Shown: one piece after another, positions 38,801 through 53,230 of the stretch | Position numbering within the stretch: position 1 is the first letter of the stretch | Layout: each line of letters starts with the position of its first letter | Assembly: GCA_965235115.1 (NCBI GenBank) | Contig: OZ249436.1 | Location: forward strand, 17,548,001 to 17,612,000 | Source of the DNA: Laetmonice hystrix | Lineage: Eukaryota | Length of the DNA stretch: 64,000 bases | Direction: 5' to 3' | Position numbers and translations under genes: made by a program | The notes under the pieces: model-generated | Told to the model about the DNA's origin: nothing | The model's database searches: none | What the model saw: only the letters and a program-made list of their open reading frames with translations

Positions 38801-40429
38801 AGGAGGGGGATGTTATCAGCTGTCGTTCGATGACTGAAAAGTCGGCGTAAAAAGATGATATTTTGTATATCTTTCATGTAGTAAGGTAATATAATAGCCC
38901 TAGCTCCAGTCAATATAATTGTAGCATTGCAATAACAGACCACGACAGTTAAACTAAAATAACCACAATACACCACGATGATAGACTAGTATATTCCCCG
39001 CCAGTAGGCCTATAACGATACACATTAATGCGATCCACACAGAATGCCAACATTATACAGATCGATCACGAGGTCATATTTATTAGTCGGACGCTAACCG
39101 AATGTAACGTAAAGATGGAGTGTGTGCCTATTTATACTTCGGGGGGGGGGGGGTGTAAAAACAATATGGGTCGGAGTGCCACAGCACCAACTTAACTGCA
39201 TGTTTAGTTAGAGAATACAGCCTGCGATTACTCCAGTCCATCTGAGAACATGATACAATGGACTGGGACGTGATGCCCTCCTCCTTTCGATAAAGGTTCA
39301 CTGTAGACGCATGGTTGCCCGTTATTTGATAACCAGGCGCGGGAGCGCTGCAAAGCCGCCCTGGGCGTGGGGGTGTTCGAACACGCAGGGCTGCCCACTG
39401 CATAACCGGCCTGGGCAGAGTCGAACACGCAGGGTTGCCCACTGCATAGCCGTCCTGTGTGGGGTTCGAACACAGGGTTACCCACGGCATAGCTGGCCTG
39501 GGAGGGGTTCGAACACGCAGGGGGCCCTTGTGACGGAGTTGTAGACCACTCCTCATGTGAGCACTCCTGTGAGTAGCCGCGCAAGTAGGTGTGATCTGCG
39601 ATAAATTGGTCTCGTACTATGCGACCGGTCGCGCGTATCCAGTAGCAGGGACGGCGCAACGATCGCATGATTGGTCGGGCAACTTAACTGGATATGAAGT
39701 CGTTATGATAGGCCTACAGTCTATTACAGACGCGAGTCCCGATCGGTGCGAATCCCTGCCAGGGGGGTTCGGGGGCACACGCCCCCGAAATCTTTTTTAA
39801 ACTATGAGAAATAGGCCTAAAAATTATTGGTCGGGCAAGTGCCAGACCTGCCCGACCACTTGCGCCGTCCCTGAGTAGACGAGTTCGGTAGCCTACGTAG
39901 TAAGCCTTGCCGCCGCGCCAGCAAGGCTTACAGACAGCCGATGTAAATTCCTTGCGGGTCATACCACACACAGGCCAGACCACCACCGCTTGCACTGATC
40001 AACTCACCGGCATCCATTTATCTCGACAGTACTTGGGTGGGGTCCTGAAGTAGTGTTTCTAATAGTACAACGTCAAATTCATGTCTAGATCACCCGTTTA
40101 ACGGCGTTTTACCGGCCGCCATGTTGCCTTTAATATCCTAGCATGCATCTCTCCGACGGTCAACGAGCATTGAAATTTCTCGGTTCGAGAGATGTGACTG
40201 TCTTTATTGTGTCGCATCGTGCTTTTCCAGCTTGCAGATATGAGAGATAGGCTAAGTTATTTTGAGTTTATTTATCACTATTTCATCAACATATAGAGAC
40301 AAGGGAGGGCTTTTCATTGCAGACAGAGGATTTGTCCGGGTACGCTCGGAAATTCTGAACAGCGACCTTCGGCTCTGTACAGAGCACAGAGCCGAATTCT
40401 TTGGCTACGAGTTCGGAGATTCGAGACTG

Positions 40430-41600
40430 CAGGATAACCTCACCGACCGCCAGATGGCGTGCCAGTAAGTGGTCAGGTTAGATAACGTCACCGACCGCCA
40501 GATGGCGGGCCAGTGAGTGGTCAGATTGAATAACGTCACCGACCGCTAGATGGTGCGCCAGTGGATGGTCAGGGTGGATAACCTCACCGACCGCCAGATG
40601 GCGCGCTAGTGGGTGGTCAGGGCTGGTTGGTCCCCTGCTCAACTCCTATCGGAGATCTCCGAGAGGAGCGAGGAATGAGCATGGAACCAGTCAGTGGTCA
40701 GTGTGGATACCTGACTGATCGCTAGATAAGTGGCTGTCAGGGTGGATAACCTCACTGACCGCCAGACGGCGCAGCAGTGGGAAGTCAGGGTGGATAACTT
40801 CGCCGACCGCTAGATGGCGTGCCAGTAGGTGTCAGGTTGGATAACGTAATCAACCAGTGGTGCAAATAGATGATATTGACGTGGATGTTTGGCACTGCAT
40901 TAATAAAAATGGATAATCTATAAAACATTACAATTGTACTTACATTTGATATCTTGTTATGTTTTTGTTGATTGTGTACATGCACTACCAGCTATACTAG
41001 GAGACCTCTGTGGATTTACATGTACATGTACCATTAAGTGAGACAAAAAAGGCTTTCAAGGAATTTTATTTCTTTGCAAAACATCACAACCATCACAAAA
41101 TTAACAGCAAACATTACAATAAAACGAGGACCACAAACTGACACAAACATGACAGACATTATGATATCTCCATCTGTCGCTCGTTCTCGAGTTCTCAAGT
41201 TGAAACTTCTCGAGTGGGAGTCCTCGCTGTTGGCGCAGCAGGTGCTGCCACCTGCCGTTTAAAGGACCGTCTCTGTCTTGGACGAGGAGCATCTGCATGG
41301 GTTATGATGGTTTCAACTGGTTGAGGTCATGAATATTGTTGGAGTGAAAATAATATAATTGCATAGGTCCCCACATCAATGTTCTTTGACGCTGTCTTGG
41401 TAAGTACGTGCCAACTCAAAGAGAAACTTGCAAACTCGCTTTCCATTCTAAAAACATTATTAGGTCAACGTCTGCAATGTTTACTAGTACATAGTCTTCT
41501 CTTAACTTTTAATAATTTGAACATTACCCCTACTTTAGTACTGATACCTAGTGTAAAACATCATCTGTAGTGGTGGGTTTTATTTTGTTTAGTTTATTTT
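40430..41600 (+). mobile_element. Interspersed repeat starting with tandem CTCF-like motif units
   Basis: About 6 units of ACCGACCGCYAGATGGCG at 40440-40825, then sequence homologous (inverted) to 24585-25030; related units at 6035-6220. Confidence 0.7.
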
Positions 41601-41879
41601 CTCAAGCATGGTGCAAAATCAGCAGGTATATCCTACTAACAAAACGAAGTGACTTACAAGCACATGCATGTCTGAACCAAACCGATATAGGTGAATGAAT
41701 AGACACTGCGGGGGGAAACACTGATTACATCTGAGTGAGTTAATGAGTGAGTAACTGAGCGAGTAAAACCGGAAGGCTAAGCCCGATCTGTTCACCATCA
41801 GTCCTGTGAACAGTGCGATCTCGGCACATATTCTACCCTCGCCCCTACATGGCGGGGGAGAGGGGGGGTAGCATGAGCT

Positions 41880-42675
41880 GAAGGGGCACACGGAGCTGTA
41901 GACCACTCCTCGTGTTAGAGACTCGACCGTGTGACCGCTCTAACGGACGGAAGGATAAGACGGAGTTGTAGACCACTCCTCATAGGGTGGAGTTGTACAC
42001 CACTCCTCATGTGAGCGAATGAACCGTGCGACCATTCTAACGGACTGAAGTGCATGACGGAGTTTTAGACTACTCCTCATGTAATGTGAGCGACCCCACG
42101 GGCCCCAGGGAGGGGATAGCACAGACTGACGGGAAAGACGAGTTGTACAACACTCCTCATGTGAGCGACTGAACCAGGCGACCGTTCTAATGGACTGAAG
42201 TGTAGGACGGAGTTGTACACCACTCCTCATGTGAGCGACTGAACCATGCGACCATTCTAATGGACTGAAGTGTAGGACGGAGTTGTACACCACTCCTCAT
42301 GTGAGCGACTGAACCATGCGACCATTCTAATGGACTGAAGTGTAGGACGGAGTTGTACACCACTCCTCATGTGAGCGACTGAACCATGCGACCATTCTAA
42401 TGGACTGAAGTGTAGGACGGAGTTGTACACCACTCCTCATGTGAGCGACTGAACCATACGACCATTCTAATGGACTGAAGTGTAGGACGGAGTTGTACAC
42501 CACTCCTCATGTGAGCGGCTAGACCATGCGACCATTCTAATGGACTGAAGTGTAGGACGGAGTTGTACACCACTCCTCATGTGAGCGACCCCACGGGCCC
42601 CAGGGAGGGGATAGCACAGACTGACGGGAAAGACGAGTTGTGTTGGACGGAGTTTTAGACCACTCCTCATGTGAA
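41880..42675. repeat. 70-bp minisatellite
   Basis: GGACGGAGTTGTACACCACTCCTCATGTGAGCGACTGAACC.. with period 70; a lone related core near 39533-39563. Confidence 0.9.
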
Positions 42676-43149
42676 CACCTCCGCCGTTCAAAGATCACTC
42701 TACTCATGACGGAATCAATTGTACAGGAAGTGACCAGGTCGTGGTTTTCGTCCTGTCAGCATCTAAGGCCATCTGCAGGACAAGATCATTTTGACCACAG
42801 GCCCGTGACACTCCTGGCCTGCTGAGAGAGTTACAGGCCCGTGCCACTCCTGGTCTGATGAGAGAGTTACAGGCCCGTCGCACTCTGGAGAGAGAAAGAG
42901 AGAGTTACAGGCCCGTGACACTCCGGGCCTGGAGAGAGAAAGAGAGAGAGTTAGAGGCCTGTGACACTCCTGGCCTGGTGAGAGAAAGAGAGAGTTACAA
43001 GCCCATGGCACTCCTGGTCTGGTAAGAGAAAGCAGCGAGTTGGTGCTTAAATTCCGTTTCAGAAGCTGTGGCCATCTCCAGGGTATACAACAAGAAACTG
43101 TTGTACACAGAGTGAGAAGACATGAGTCAAGTTTGGCCATGTCTTGTAA

Positions 43150-44862
43150 GAAATCGTACTGGTCACAAAACCAGCCAAGAAATCGTCCTGGTCACAAAAC
43201 CAATCAATAAACCGTGCCTCCCTCAATAGGAGGCCATCAAAAATCATTTGTTAATGTTCAAAGGTCGATGTTAAAACATGACAGACAAAGTTCAGTGTTT
43301 CAACCGTGTCCAGTGGTCAAACTATCCAGAAGAATCGGTGAGTGAGTCCTAGGGATTTTATTCCTAGCCAGCAATAAGTTCATATTAGTGGTGAAACGGT
43401 TCAATGGTGGATGATGGGATCTATTATATCCCGGATCCCAACGGGAGAAGTACACATCTATAAAAGGTGTGTTTAATGTTTGCTATCACCAGGCCGTACT
43501 GGTCACAAAACCAGCCAAGAAATCGTACTGGTCACAAAACCAATCAATAAATCGTGCCTCCCTCAATAGGAGGCCATCAAAAATCATTTGTTAATGTTCA
43601 AAAGTCGATGTTAAAACATGACAGACAAAGTTCAGTGTTTCAACCGTGTCCAGTGGTCAAACTATCCAGAAGAATCGGTGAGTGAGTCCTTGGGATTTTA
43701 TTCCTAGCCAGCAATAAGTTCATATTAGTGGTGAAACGGTTCAATGGTGGATGATGGGATCTATGATATCCCGGATTCCAACGGGAGAAGTACACATCTA
43801 TAAAAGGTGTGTTTAATGTTTGCTATCACCAGGCCGTACTGGTCACAAAACCAGCCAAGAAATCGTACTGGTCACAAAACCAATCAATAAATCGTACCTC
43901 CCTCAATAGGAGGCCATCAAAAATCATTTGTTAATGTTCAAAGGTCGATGTTAAAACATGACAGACAAAGTTCAGTGTTTCAACCGTGTCCAGTGGTCAA
44001 ACTATCCAGAAGAATCGGTGAGTGAGTCCTAGGGATTTTATTCCTAGCCAGCAATAAGTTCATATTAGTGGTGAAACGGTTCAATGGTGGATGATGGGAT
44101 CTATGATATCCCGGATTCCAACGGGAGAAGTACACATCTATAAAAGGTGTGTTTAATGTTTGCTATCACCAGGCCGTACTGGTCACAAAACCAGCCAAGA
44201 AATCGTACTGGTCACAAAACCAATCAATAAATCGTGCCTCCCTCAATAGGAGGCCATCAAAAATCATTTGTTAATGTTCAAAGGTCGATGTTAAAACATG
44301 ACAGACAAAGTTCAGTGTTTCAACCGTGTCCAGTGGTCAAACTATCCAGAAGAATCGGTGAGTGAGTCCTAGGGATTTTATTCCTAGCCAGCAATAAGTT
44401 CATATTAGTGGTGAAACGGTTCAATGGTGGATGATGGGATCTATTATATCCCGGATCCCAACGGGAGAAGTACACATCTATAAAAGGTGTGTTTAATGTT
44501 TGCTATCACCAGGCCGTACTGGTCACAAAACCAGCCAAGAAATCGTACTGGTCACAAAACCAATCAATAAATCGTGCCTCCCTCAATAGGAGGCCATCAA
44601 AAATCATTTGTTAATGTTCAAAGGTCGATGTTAAAACATGACAGACAAAGTTCAGTGTTTCAACCGTGTCCAGTGGTCAAACTATCCAGAAGAATCGGTG
44701 AGTGAGTCCTAGGGATTTTATTCCTAGCCAGCAATAAGTTCATATTAGTGGTGAAACGGTTCAATGGTGGATGATGGGATCTATGATATCCCGGATCCCA
44801 ACGGGAGAAGTAGGCCTACACATCTATAAAAGGTGTGTTTAATGTTTGCTATCACCAGGCCC
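43150..44862. repeat. 340-bp tandem repeat, 5 near-identical copies
   Basis: GTACTGGTCACAAAACCAGCC at 43156, 43496, 43836, 44176 and 44516. Confidence 0.95.
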
Positions 44863-46193
44863 TGTTGGGTGAGTGAGTGATGTGATGGGGTGATGTGAGT
44901 TGGTGATGTGAGTTGGTGATGTAATTGGGTAATGTGCGTGGGTGATGTGGGTGGGTGATGTGAGTGATGTGAGCAGGTGATGTGAGTGGGGTGAATTGGA
45001 TGGGTTACACCCTGTTGGCAAGATTCCAGCCATATTCAGGGGTAGATCAACCTGCTGGGGAGTTAACGCCTGCCCCATGTTAATGGCTAATTATGCATAC
45101 GTATATATATACCTGAGCTTCAACACCCCAGTTTATCACAACCTTTGCCCTGTACGCGCTGTGGCGTCCATATATCTGGCCAGTGCAACATTTAAAGGGG
45201 GAAGCGGCACTGAGACTGGCCAGGTAGGATGGGGCACATCATAGCCAAGTAAGTTATACCATATGTAAGTTTGTATTTCCTATATGCCTGATGTGAACGT
45301 GTATAATATTAAGGTTAAATGTTGAGATTGTTCACTGACTCCTTAGTGTAGGCAGGCCGGTCCTCGTCCTTCTCGCTCGTCATGATAACTCTACTCCTCC
45401 TGGGCTATAGCGGGCTCATCTATACAACCACCTACTGGTCTTTTAGCCTCAGTCAGTTGTAGGGTACCGACCGTCCGGTGATTAGTCCGCAGCCGTAGTT
45501 CCTTAACCAAGTGGTAAACAATATTATAGCTATATATATCAAAATTCAATTTTATTATAACTGGTAAAAGGGGTATTACTTTAACTTCTTACTATTTTAC
45601 GGAAAATAAATAAATAAATAAATAATAAACAAATAAACAAATAAATAAACTAACGAACAAGTAAAAAAATACATACGTAAATAAATTATAATAAACAAAT
45701 AAATAAACTAACAAGTAGCCTAAATAAAAAATAAACAAGTAAATAAATAAACAAGTAGGCTCTAAATGAATAAATAAATATGCCTTTTTTGACTTTTACA
45801 TTTTTGCATCACGCCTTCGGCGCTCACATAGGGGGGGGATTGTAGAGCTTATCCTCCCCCCCCCCCCCCTTCCAAAATTCCTGGATCCGCGCCTGTGTAG
45901 GCCTAGGGGTACTTCCTATAGGTTTCTTTATTCCAATAGATTTTAGCTTATTATTGAACGTGAAACAAGTGTACGTGTACGCTGAACTTTGGAAATGGCA
46001 TGGTCAAATTTGTTATCCAGGCATAGGCCCGCGTCTCCTATTGGTCGTCCGTGACAGACCGACACCCATTAGCCGCGCTCTGTTTTCAAATACTTCCGCC
46101 AGGGGGTGCGGAGGGTGACCTATTTCGGTACCACCGTCTGCCTACCACAGTTTGGGGGGCTATTTGACGTTTCACGGCAGCTGGAGCAAAGTC

Positions 46194-49100
46194 ATGGCTG
46201 CGAGAGCCGCTCAGAAAGTTGTTTTACGATGTGAGGATGCAAAACAGTCTCTGAAACTAGGTATGTGTCAACAGAGTTTGGAGTGCTACTCTACTAACCG
46301 GGTGGCACCCCTCCTATTCTACTCTGAGCCTCGTCTAAATATAAATGTGGAACGGGAACCACGTGGCCCCATTAGGTGGTAGAAACTTTAACGGTAGATG
46401 GCGCTGATAATCTACTACAGCGCCACCTATCAATAACTATCTCTAAATGTCGTCATGAAAGAGGGCGCAGTCCACTGCCCCATTCATCATTTCATGCATT
46501 AATTAATGCATTATCCCGCGGAACTGTCTTCCGGAGATTGGCGAGCGATGTTCCGAATGGGCCGCCCTCTCAGTCTCACTTTAAAAGTAGTTAGATTGGA
46601 AGGTTCTTCCCCCATGATAACTTTCCACGAAATGTTTGGGCAGGGGTTAGGGTTAAGGTCCGGGAGAGGGATAGAAGTCTAGCCTATAGGGATAGGATAG
46701 GGATATGTTTTGGGAGGTGTAGGGACTGGGGTTACGGGTTAGGAATAAGGTCAGGGTCATGGATCTTTACTTTCCACCAAATTTCGTGGGGTTTAAGTTA
46801 TCATGGGCGATAGATCTATACCGATTGGAAGGATCACAACTTCAAATATATCAAAATCGGTAAACCAACGCCCTCCCCCGTAGATCTAGGCCTATATATA
46901 GCCTATAGGCTACCTAGGCTACAGGAATTAATCAGACGCCTATATAATTTTGTCATAAGCCTATAGGTGTGGCTAGGGAGAAGTCAAGACAGGGGTTCCC
47001 GGAGGATTTCGCCCTTTTTTTTGGGGGGGGGGGGGGGGGAGACCATGCAAGAGTTTACTTTTTACGTTTTATTTTGGTAGGCCTAAAATAATAAATGTTC
47101 TATTTATTATTATTATAATTTTTTAAATAGATCTATAAAAATATTATTTTATATAGGCCTATATTCTTTTGTTGTTAGGCTACATAGGCCTGCTTATAGT
47201 CTAAGGTTAGGAACGAAGGACTGAGACGTCCGTTTGCTTCGGAAATTCTGTCACACCAGATCGAGGGACACGTGTCGTGAAGACCAGACCATCGCTGATG
47301 TGTCTTTTTTCAATTAGGCCTAATTTAAAAGGGCACCTCGATGCTTTTTCAGCAGACGGTAGGGGGCCTCACTGTTTCACCTTGCCGGATCTGCACGTCG
47401 GCCTGCAGTCGTGGGGGCCTACAATAGGGGCTTTGTCATTTTAATTTAGGCCTATAGGTAAAACAGTTAGTAGGCCTATTAGGCCTAGGCCTATAGGGTG
47501 CCTACTTACCCGCGGAGTGATCAACCCAGGCCTTGTCCATCCGAATATTGTGAGGCTGATGAGAAAAGGCCATGTATAATTTCTCTGCCCGGTTTGAGGA
47601 CCCCTGCCGCCGGGGTCTGTCTCCGGTCCGGAGTCTGTCTGCGCCCCCTGCCCGTGGCTCGACCCCGCCGTCCGCCCAGCCCGCTCTGTATGGCTACGTC
47701 CGGCCTGCCCGGCCTGCTCTGTCGTCGGTCTGCCGGTCGGTCTGCTGCCGGGTCGGTCAGGGTGGTTGTTGGTGGTGGTTGTGGGCCGACTGGCCCAACC
47801 TATCACAGCCCGGTGCAAAGTCTATAAAATTATAGGGCCTAGATATAAGCAATGATTATATATTGATAACTGTATATTGATAATACTGATAACAAAGGCT
47901 GCACCTTTTTCTGTTGAGATAGCGTATAGCTACACAATGTAGGCCCCAACAAATGCAAGCTGTAGAAGGTCGCCCTATCACTATATGATCTTTATTGACA
48001 TTCACGTATAGAGGATGGGGGGAGGGGCTCACTGAAAATGGACTCCGAACCTCACGGCTTATCCAAGTGAACGCGGGGGTCAACCTAGGGGAGCCAGATA
48101 ATGAACTAATTAAATAATAGGCTATAGCCTATTATTAGTTCATTGTTTCCTTGTGTGAAAATATCGGATCTGGGCGGATATTTTATAAGCTTAGGCCTAG
48201 GCCTATATAAATAAATATATATAGAAGGAGATCTAGACCCAGCATAAATATAATTAGGCCTAGGCCTATGTAGCTATAACTTGTCTGACTATGTCCAAAT
48301 CGAGTAAGATATTGTAAGATCTGGCCGGATATTTCCAGATCTGTCCAGTTCTGTACGGATATTTCTAGTTCTGTCATTATATTTCCAGTTCTGTCCGGAT
48401 ATTTCCAGATATGTCCGGATGCCAGTTGATGCACGTACCTGACGCTATATATTTGTTGCTAATGGCAACGCCACCCAACGTCTGCGATTTCTCCCAAAAC
48501 GACCTAAAAAAACTGCCAGGGAAACTATGTCTGAAGTTTCCGGCCCTTACAGGTAACGATAATGTACAAAGTTTATGAGATAGGCCTACTCTAATCTACG
48601 GTTAAGTCCTCTTCACGTTGGCCATATCTTAAGATATCGGCAAGACAGCGTAGGCCCTAGCTACTCTGGGATTATTGTCATGTTCAATCTCGTTTCTATG
48701 TAATATGTATTATAGTTGTAGCCCTATTCTGATAATTTACATGGACAATAATTATTAAATATAATCTGATCATAGTAAATTAGGCCTACAGGGTTACCGG
48801 TCGAACACATGGAGTAATGTTTTCTTTCAGAATTACGTGCAGTCTCAAACAAACTCACATCATTGCCGGAAGAATTTGGCCAACTTTCCGCACTTAAACA
48901 TCTTGATGTATCAAACAATGAAATATCAAGTTTGCCAGGCGCCCTCTACAACTTACCTTTGCTTGAAGAACTTATAATGGACAACAATCAACTAGCAGGT
49001 CAGTCTCAGATTGAAGACTTAATTAGGCCTACCTAGGCTAGGCTAATTGTCTTATAACTCCAGAGTCTATGATATCAAAACGGCGTATAGCCTCATGAAA

Positions 49101-49372
49101 TAGACAGGTGTTAAGACAGTTGTTAGTTCTGGATAGTAGGGTTATGGAAATATATCAAGTAAATAATTTTTTTAGCAACGCTAATTACATGTAGCCATAT
49201 GTGCCAGATTCTATGTTCTATGGCGTGATTGCTGACTTGACTTTCAGATGTTGATGTCTCTCACTTCCACCAGATGGCGTCGTTAAAGCGCTTGAGTTTA
49301 CGTGGCAACCCTTTGACCGACGCCTCACGAATGAGTCTCAGCCAATCGGCCAAATTCGTTGTTGACCTCTGA
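46194..49372 (+). CDS. LRRC20: Leucine-rich repeat-containing protein 20, about 167 aa
   Basis: Exons 46194-46260, 48409-48552, 48831-48998, 49248-49372 (504 nt, in frame). MAARAAQKVVLRCEDAKQSLKLDMSGCQLMHVPDAIYLLL..LRAVSNKLTSLPEEFGQLSALKHLDVSNN..MASLKRLSLRGNPL matches the LRRC20 pattern. AATAAA near 49745. Confidence 0.85.
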
Positions 49373-52300
49373 CAACACAGGGCCGTGCCCCGGGGGGGGG
49401 GGGGGGGTCTGTAACCCCCCTAAGGTGCCAAAGATTTCTTTTTTAGGCGTTTTAGGTCCTAACTAATACAGTCAGTCCACTGTAACCCCCCCCCCGCACC
49501 AATCTCTGGGCACGGCCCTGCAACAGGTTCTCCTAGACCCCCCCCCCCCCCGGGCCCCCCTCCAGCTTTTCGGCTCCTTGTGCCTGCGACATTTGAGACA
49601 TTTTGGAACAGATAGTGCAAACCCAAACATGTGCACTGACTTGTGGCCAGCCAGAAGGATCCATTAGGCCTATTTATTATCACAATGACAAAATCTGATC
49701 CTTATAGATCTATCTAACATTGTCTCTGGTTTGGTTTGGATGAAAATAAAATGTTTCAATAATTTCACCAGTTGTTTTTTAACTCGTGTTTATATCCAGT
49801 AGAAGATGATACACAGTTAGAAACGGACGCTGCTCTAGGCTCACCTGAATCTGGTCAGAAAATTTAGTGACTCAGCGACACCCCATTCCCCCTTCGATGA
49901 AGGATCATGTAGTTACAAATTATTTGAATGTAGTCATTTATTGTGAAGCAAATAAGGCCTAGACTTAAGAAATTAATATTCAAAGTATGCCCAAATATGT
50001 ATCAATAATTACCCTACTGATCATAGATGTCTACTATTGTTTTATAAACAGAACCCAATGTTTGTAATATAGGCCTAATCCTCTGTCATGGAGTGACATT
50101 ATATATTTGACATTGCTGTAAGCTGGGGAGAGTCACTCCATGACTTCGAATTTGCCCTAGGCCTAATTAAGATTTTAATTAGAATTCTGCTCTGCTGATA
50201 GGCCTACATGTTTAAAAATGTTTCCATAGCAGACTAAAAAACTAAAAAAATAATTTCTTATATGATCATTCGAATTTAACCTATCGCATTTTTTAAATAT
50301 CCAAGCACTAAAAGTAATAGAAACCCTCATTTGCAGATTATATTTATGAGTCGCTTCACTGCATAATCGCGACGCGTTGTAAGGGAGGTCTCTGTGGGAG
50401 CACCCTCACATAGTTTTTAGGAAAGAGAGAACGGAAGGTGAAGTGAAGATGGAGGCGATGTGGTTGTTGGCGAAGACTTCATATATTTATTCGAGATGTT
50501 CAGATATACTTAGAGCTGCGGACTCTCCTCCATACCGTACCGGACTCCCCAGAGTGAGTGCGCGAGAGAGAGTGAGAGTTTTCTTACATTTAGAAATTAT
50601 GACTAATATTACTGTATACCCCATACAAGGCGTCCCCGCCGCATCCAACTGGTGTGTAACCATCCGTATGTAAGGAACGCGGCGTTAGTGGTGTGATCAT
50701 TACATGCATCACTTTCATTGGTTCCAGACAACATCCCCCCAGTATCGCCGGCTCCCCATACTCCAACATACCCCCTCCCTACCAACGCTTATAAATCAGA
50801 CAATAAAGTATATAACAGTTAGGCTATTACACACATCAAATAATACTTAGGTTTATACTGTTATAGTAGGCTAAATAAAGTGAGTAAATATTGGCGGCCA
50901 CCAAGATACATAATAAAACACACAATAAAACACATAATAAAACATTCGTACATATTGTACTATTTTCCTTACAGCGTTTCACAGTTTCACGCGCTGTGTT
51001 TCCACCTAGCGTTCAAACACGGAACCCAGAGAACCGTGGCGCCCTCTGGAGAGTTTCTTTGACACTCTGCCTCCCCGGTGATTCCAAGCAGTGACGTCAT
51101 TTTGGGCTATATAGGTCAGGAAATACCCCCGTTTGGCGATTGCAAAATACGGTCTCAGTTAACGACAAGATAACTGGAAAGGGCGATTTATTTATATGTT
51201 CCGAAGTGAATGGCAAACGTTTTCTGCCATAACGATCTTTGATTTAATTTCTTGTTAGAGTCTTTTTCGACCTTGTCGTTCATATTTTTCTTTAAATTCT
51301 TAACTCTATATAGCTGCTGCTAACCTCCATCATGGAACGGCATTTCGTTTTTGACACCACCCTGATTTAACCTCTTCCGGTGTGAGCAAGTGGAAGATTT
51401 CGGAGCCGTCGTTTTACAATTTGAGGTGTAGAATACATGTTACAGCAGAATGCGCTGAACACAATCAAGTAAGAGTCCCAGCCAGACCATGAGAGGCCAG
51501 CTGGCTTGGAAAGACTTGGCTGGCTTGCCCCGTAACTAAATAAGTGAGGTACTCAGTCGGGAGGTGGTGATCTCTGTCCGGTTTCACACCGACTGGGCGA
51601 TCAACCGCGGCGGACATGAGGAGGTTGTCAGAGGGACCCTCTACAAACAAAACAAACCAGCCACCAGCTACACAACAGTGAAGGTTGGACGGGGCTACGG
51701 GTTACAAACGGCGTTACTGGACTCAAGAATTTATCTTATTCTGTCTAGAAAGATATTTAGATAAGATGTTGTGAGAGTGACAGCAGTTGACTGTGCCGTG
51801 CCGCATCCCGTGGTCTACTCCAACAAGTCAGAGTCCTAGTCCTTACGTCCATACGGACTCTGACCGTCGAGTACAAATGCGCCAGCGACTGCTATGCTGC
51901 CGGGGTTCTATCTCGGTCCTATCGCGCATGATCGCCTCAAAGTCATGTTTCAGACCACTTTTGGCACTGAAACTTGCTGAGAGTACACAAAAGAGGTTAC
52001 TTCAACAGATACGTAGATGTATTTTGTTGGATGTTATCTTAGTAGGTGAAATTCTCAGCTTGTTTGGTCAAATTCAGCGCAGCGCGGGTGACGAGCGGTG
52101 ACCCAGTTTATCGGGTGTGCGTATTTTCGACTCCTACAGTTGATCCGGAACGGACCGCATAAGTAGGTCGCGCTCTGTTCAAGCAGACGCTGACGGCACA
52201 GAGTGAAGCTACCCGTTTCGGGTACCAGTAGCGATCTAACTTTTATCAGTTCCCGGTCACTCGGTGCACCGCAGATGGCTGACGGAGCTACGGACCCGAC

Positions 52301-53230
52301 ATGCTCCTAAACAACCGGACCGTGTGGACGTTATATTTGTCCAATAATTATAATCAAGGTCGGAATAGAAATTTCAATACCGTGGCTCTCTATAAAAATC
52401 GATTTCATACTCCGTGGATGAAGTTTAGTACCAAAACGAAGGCCGCAAAGTTGCGATAACGGACCTCTTCGCAGAGCGTCCGAGAGTCGCTGGGCCAGCG
52501 TCACTCAACAACTAAACGGTGTTCTGGAAGACACCGTTTAGAAACTGAACTACCCGTGGTCGTGGTGCTGTGACTGTGTTGAGTGGGCGTGCCTGCCTTG
52601 TCTTGTAAAGTTACAACTTTCCTGTCGGCCCGTGAGTCGAAGCCAAGACTTTGTTGTCCCCGGGACCATCCACTGTTGCCACAGCTGAGGCCTGTGTGCT
52701 AACGAGTAACGGTATTGTACATGACTCGAGGATTAATTAATTTATTAAAGCAGGTGTGATAACTCTACACCGGTCTGGTGACACTGACAGTAAAACGTTC
52801 AGGTGTTGTGACAATAGCCTTTCACAGGTCTCATAGACGGGTGTCGTAAACAAAACTACACAGTAGGTGAAAACCCCAGAGATTTTAGTCCTATCATCAC
52901 AGTGAGTGTTTACACAGTGACAGGTGTCATAAACAAAACTAGACTGGCTACAACCACAGGCAGAGATTTTAGATATCATCACAGTGAGTGTTTACACAGT
53001 GACAGGTGTCATAAACAAAACTAGACTGGCTACAACCACAGGCAGAGGTTTTAGATATCATTCACAGTGTTATAATTAATCGAGTCATCCTCCTTGGAGA
53101 CACGGGTACCATTTAATTTATCGTCTGAAGGGGAGTGATTTCTTTCCCGGCTGTGAATCACTGACAAGTTTCTACACTATACTGACTGTGATACGTGGCC
53201 TGTCTGAGCCGTCAGTGTCCGGTAATATCA

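Noticed and set aside
47441..47835. GC-rich ORFs in LRRC20 intron 1
   Set aside because: Low-complexity sequence with no recognisable domain or splice structure.
50300..52700. Possible extra gene between LRRC20 and PAQR3
   Set aside because: No convincing ORF or exon chain; CpG-rich sequence with TGACGTCA (about 51092) and CTTCCGG (about 51374) fits a PAQR3 promoter or 5' UTR region, but I cannot define it.
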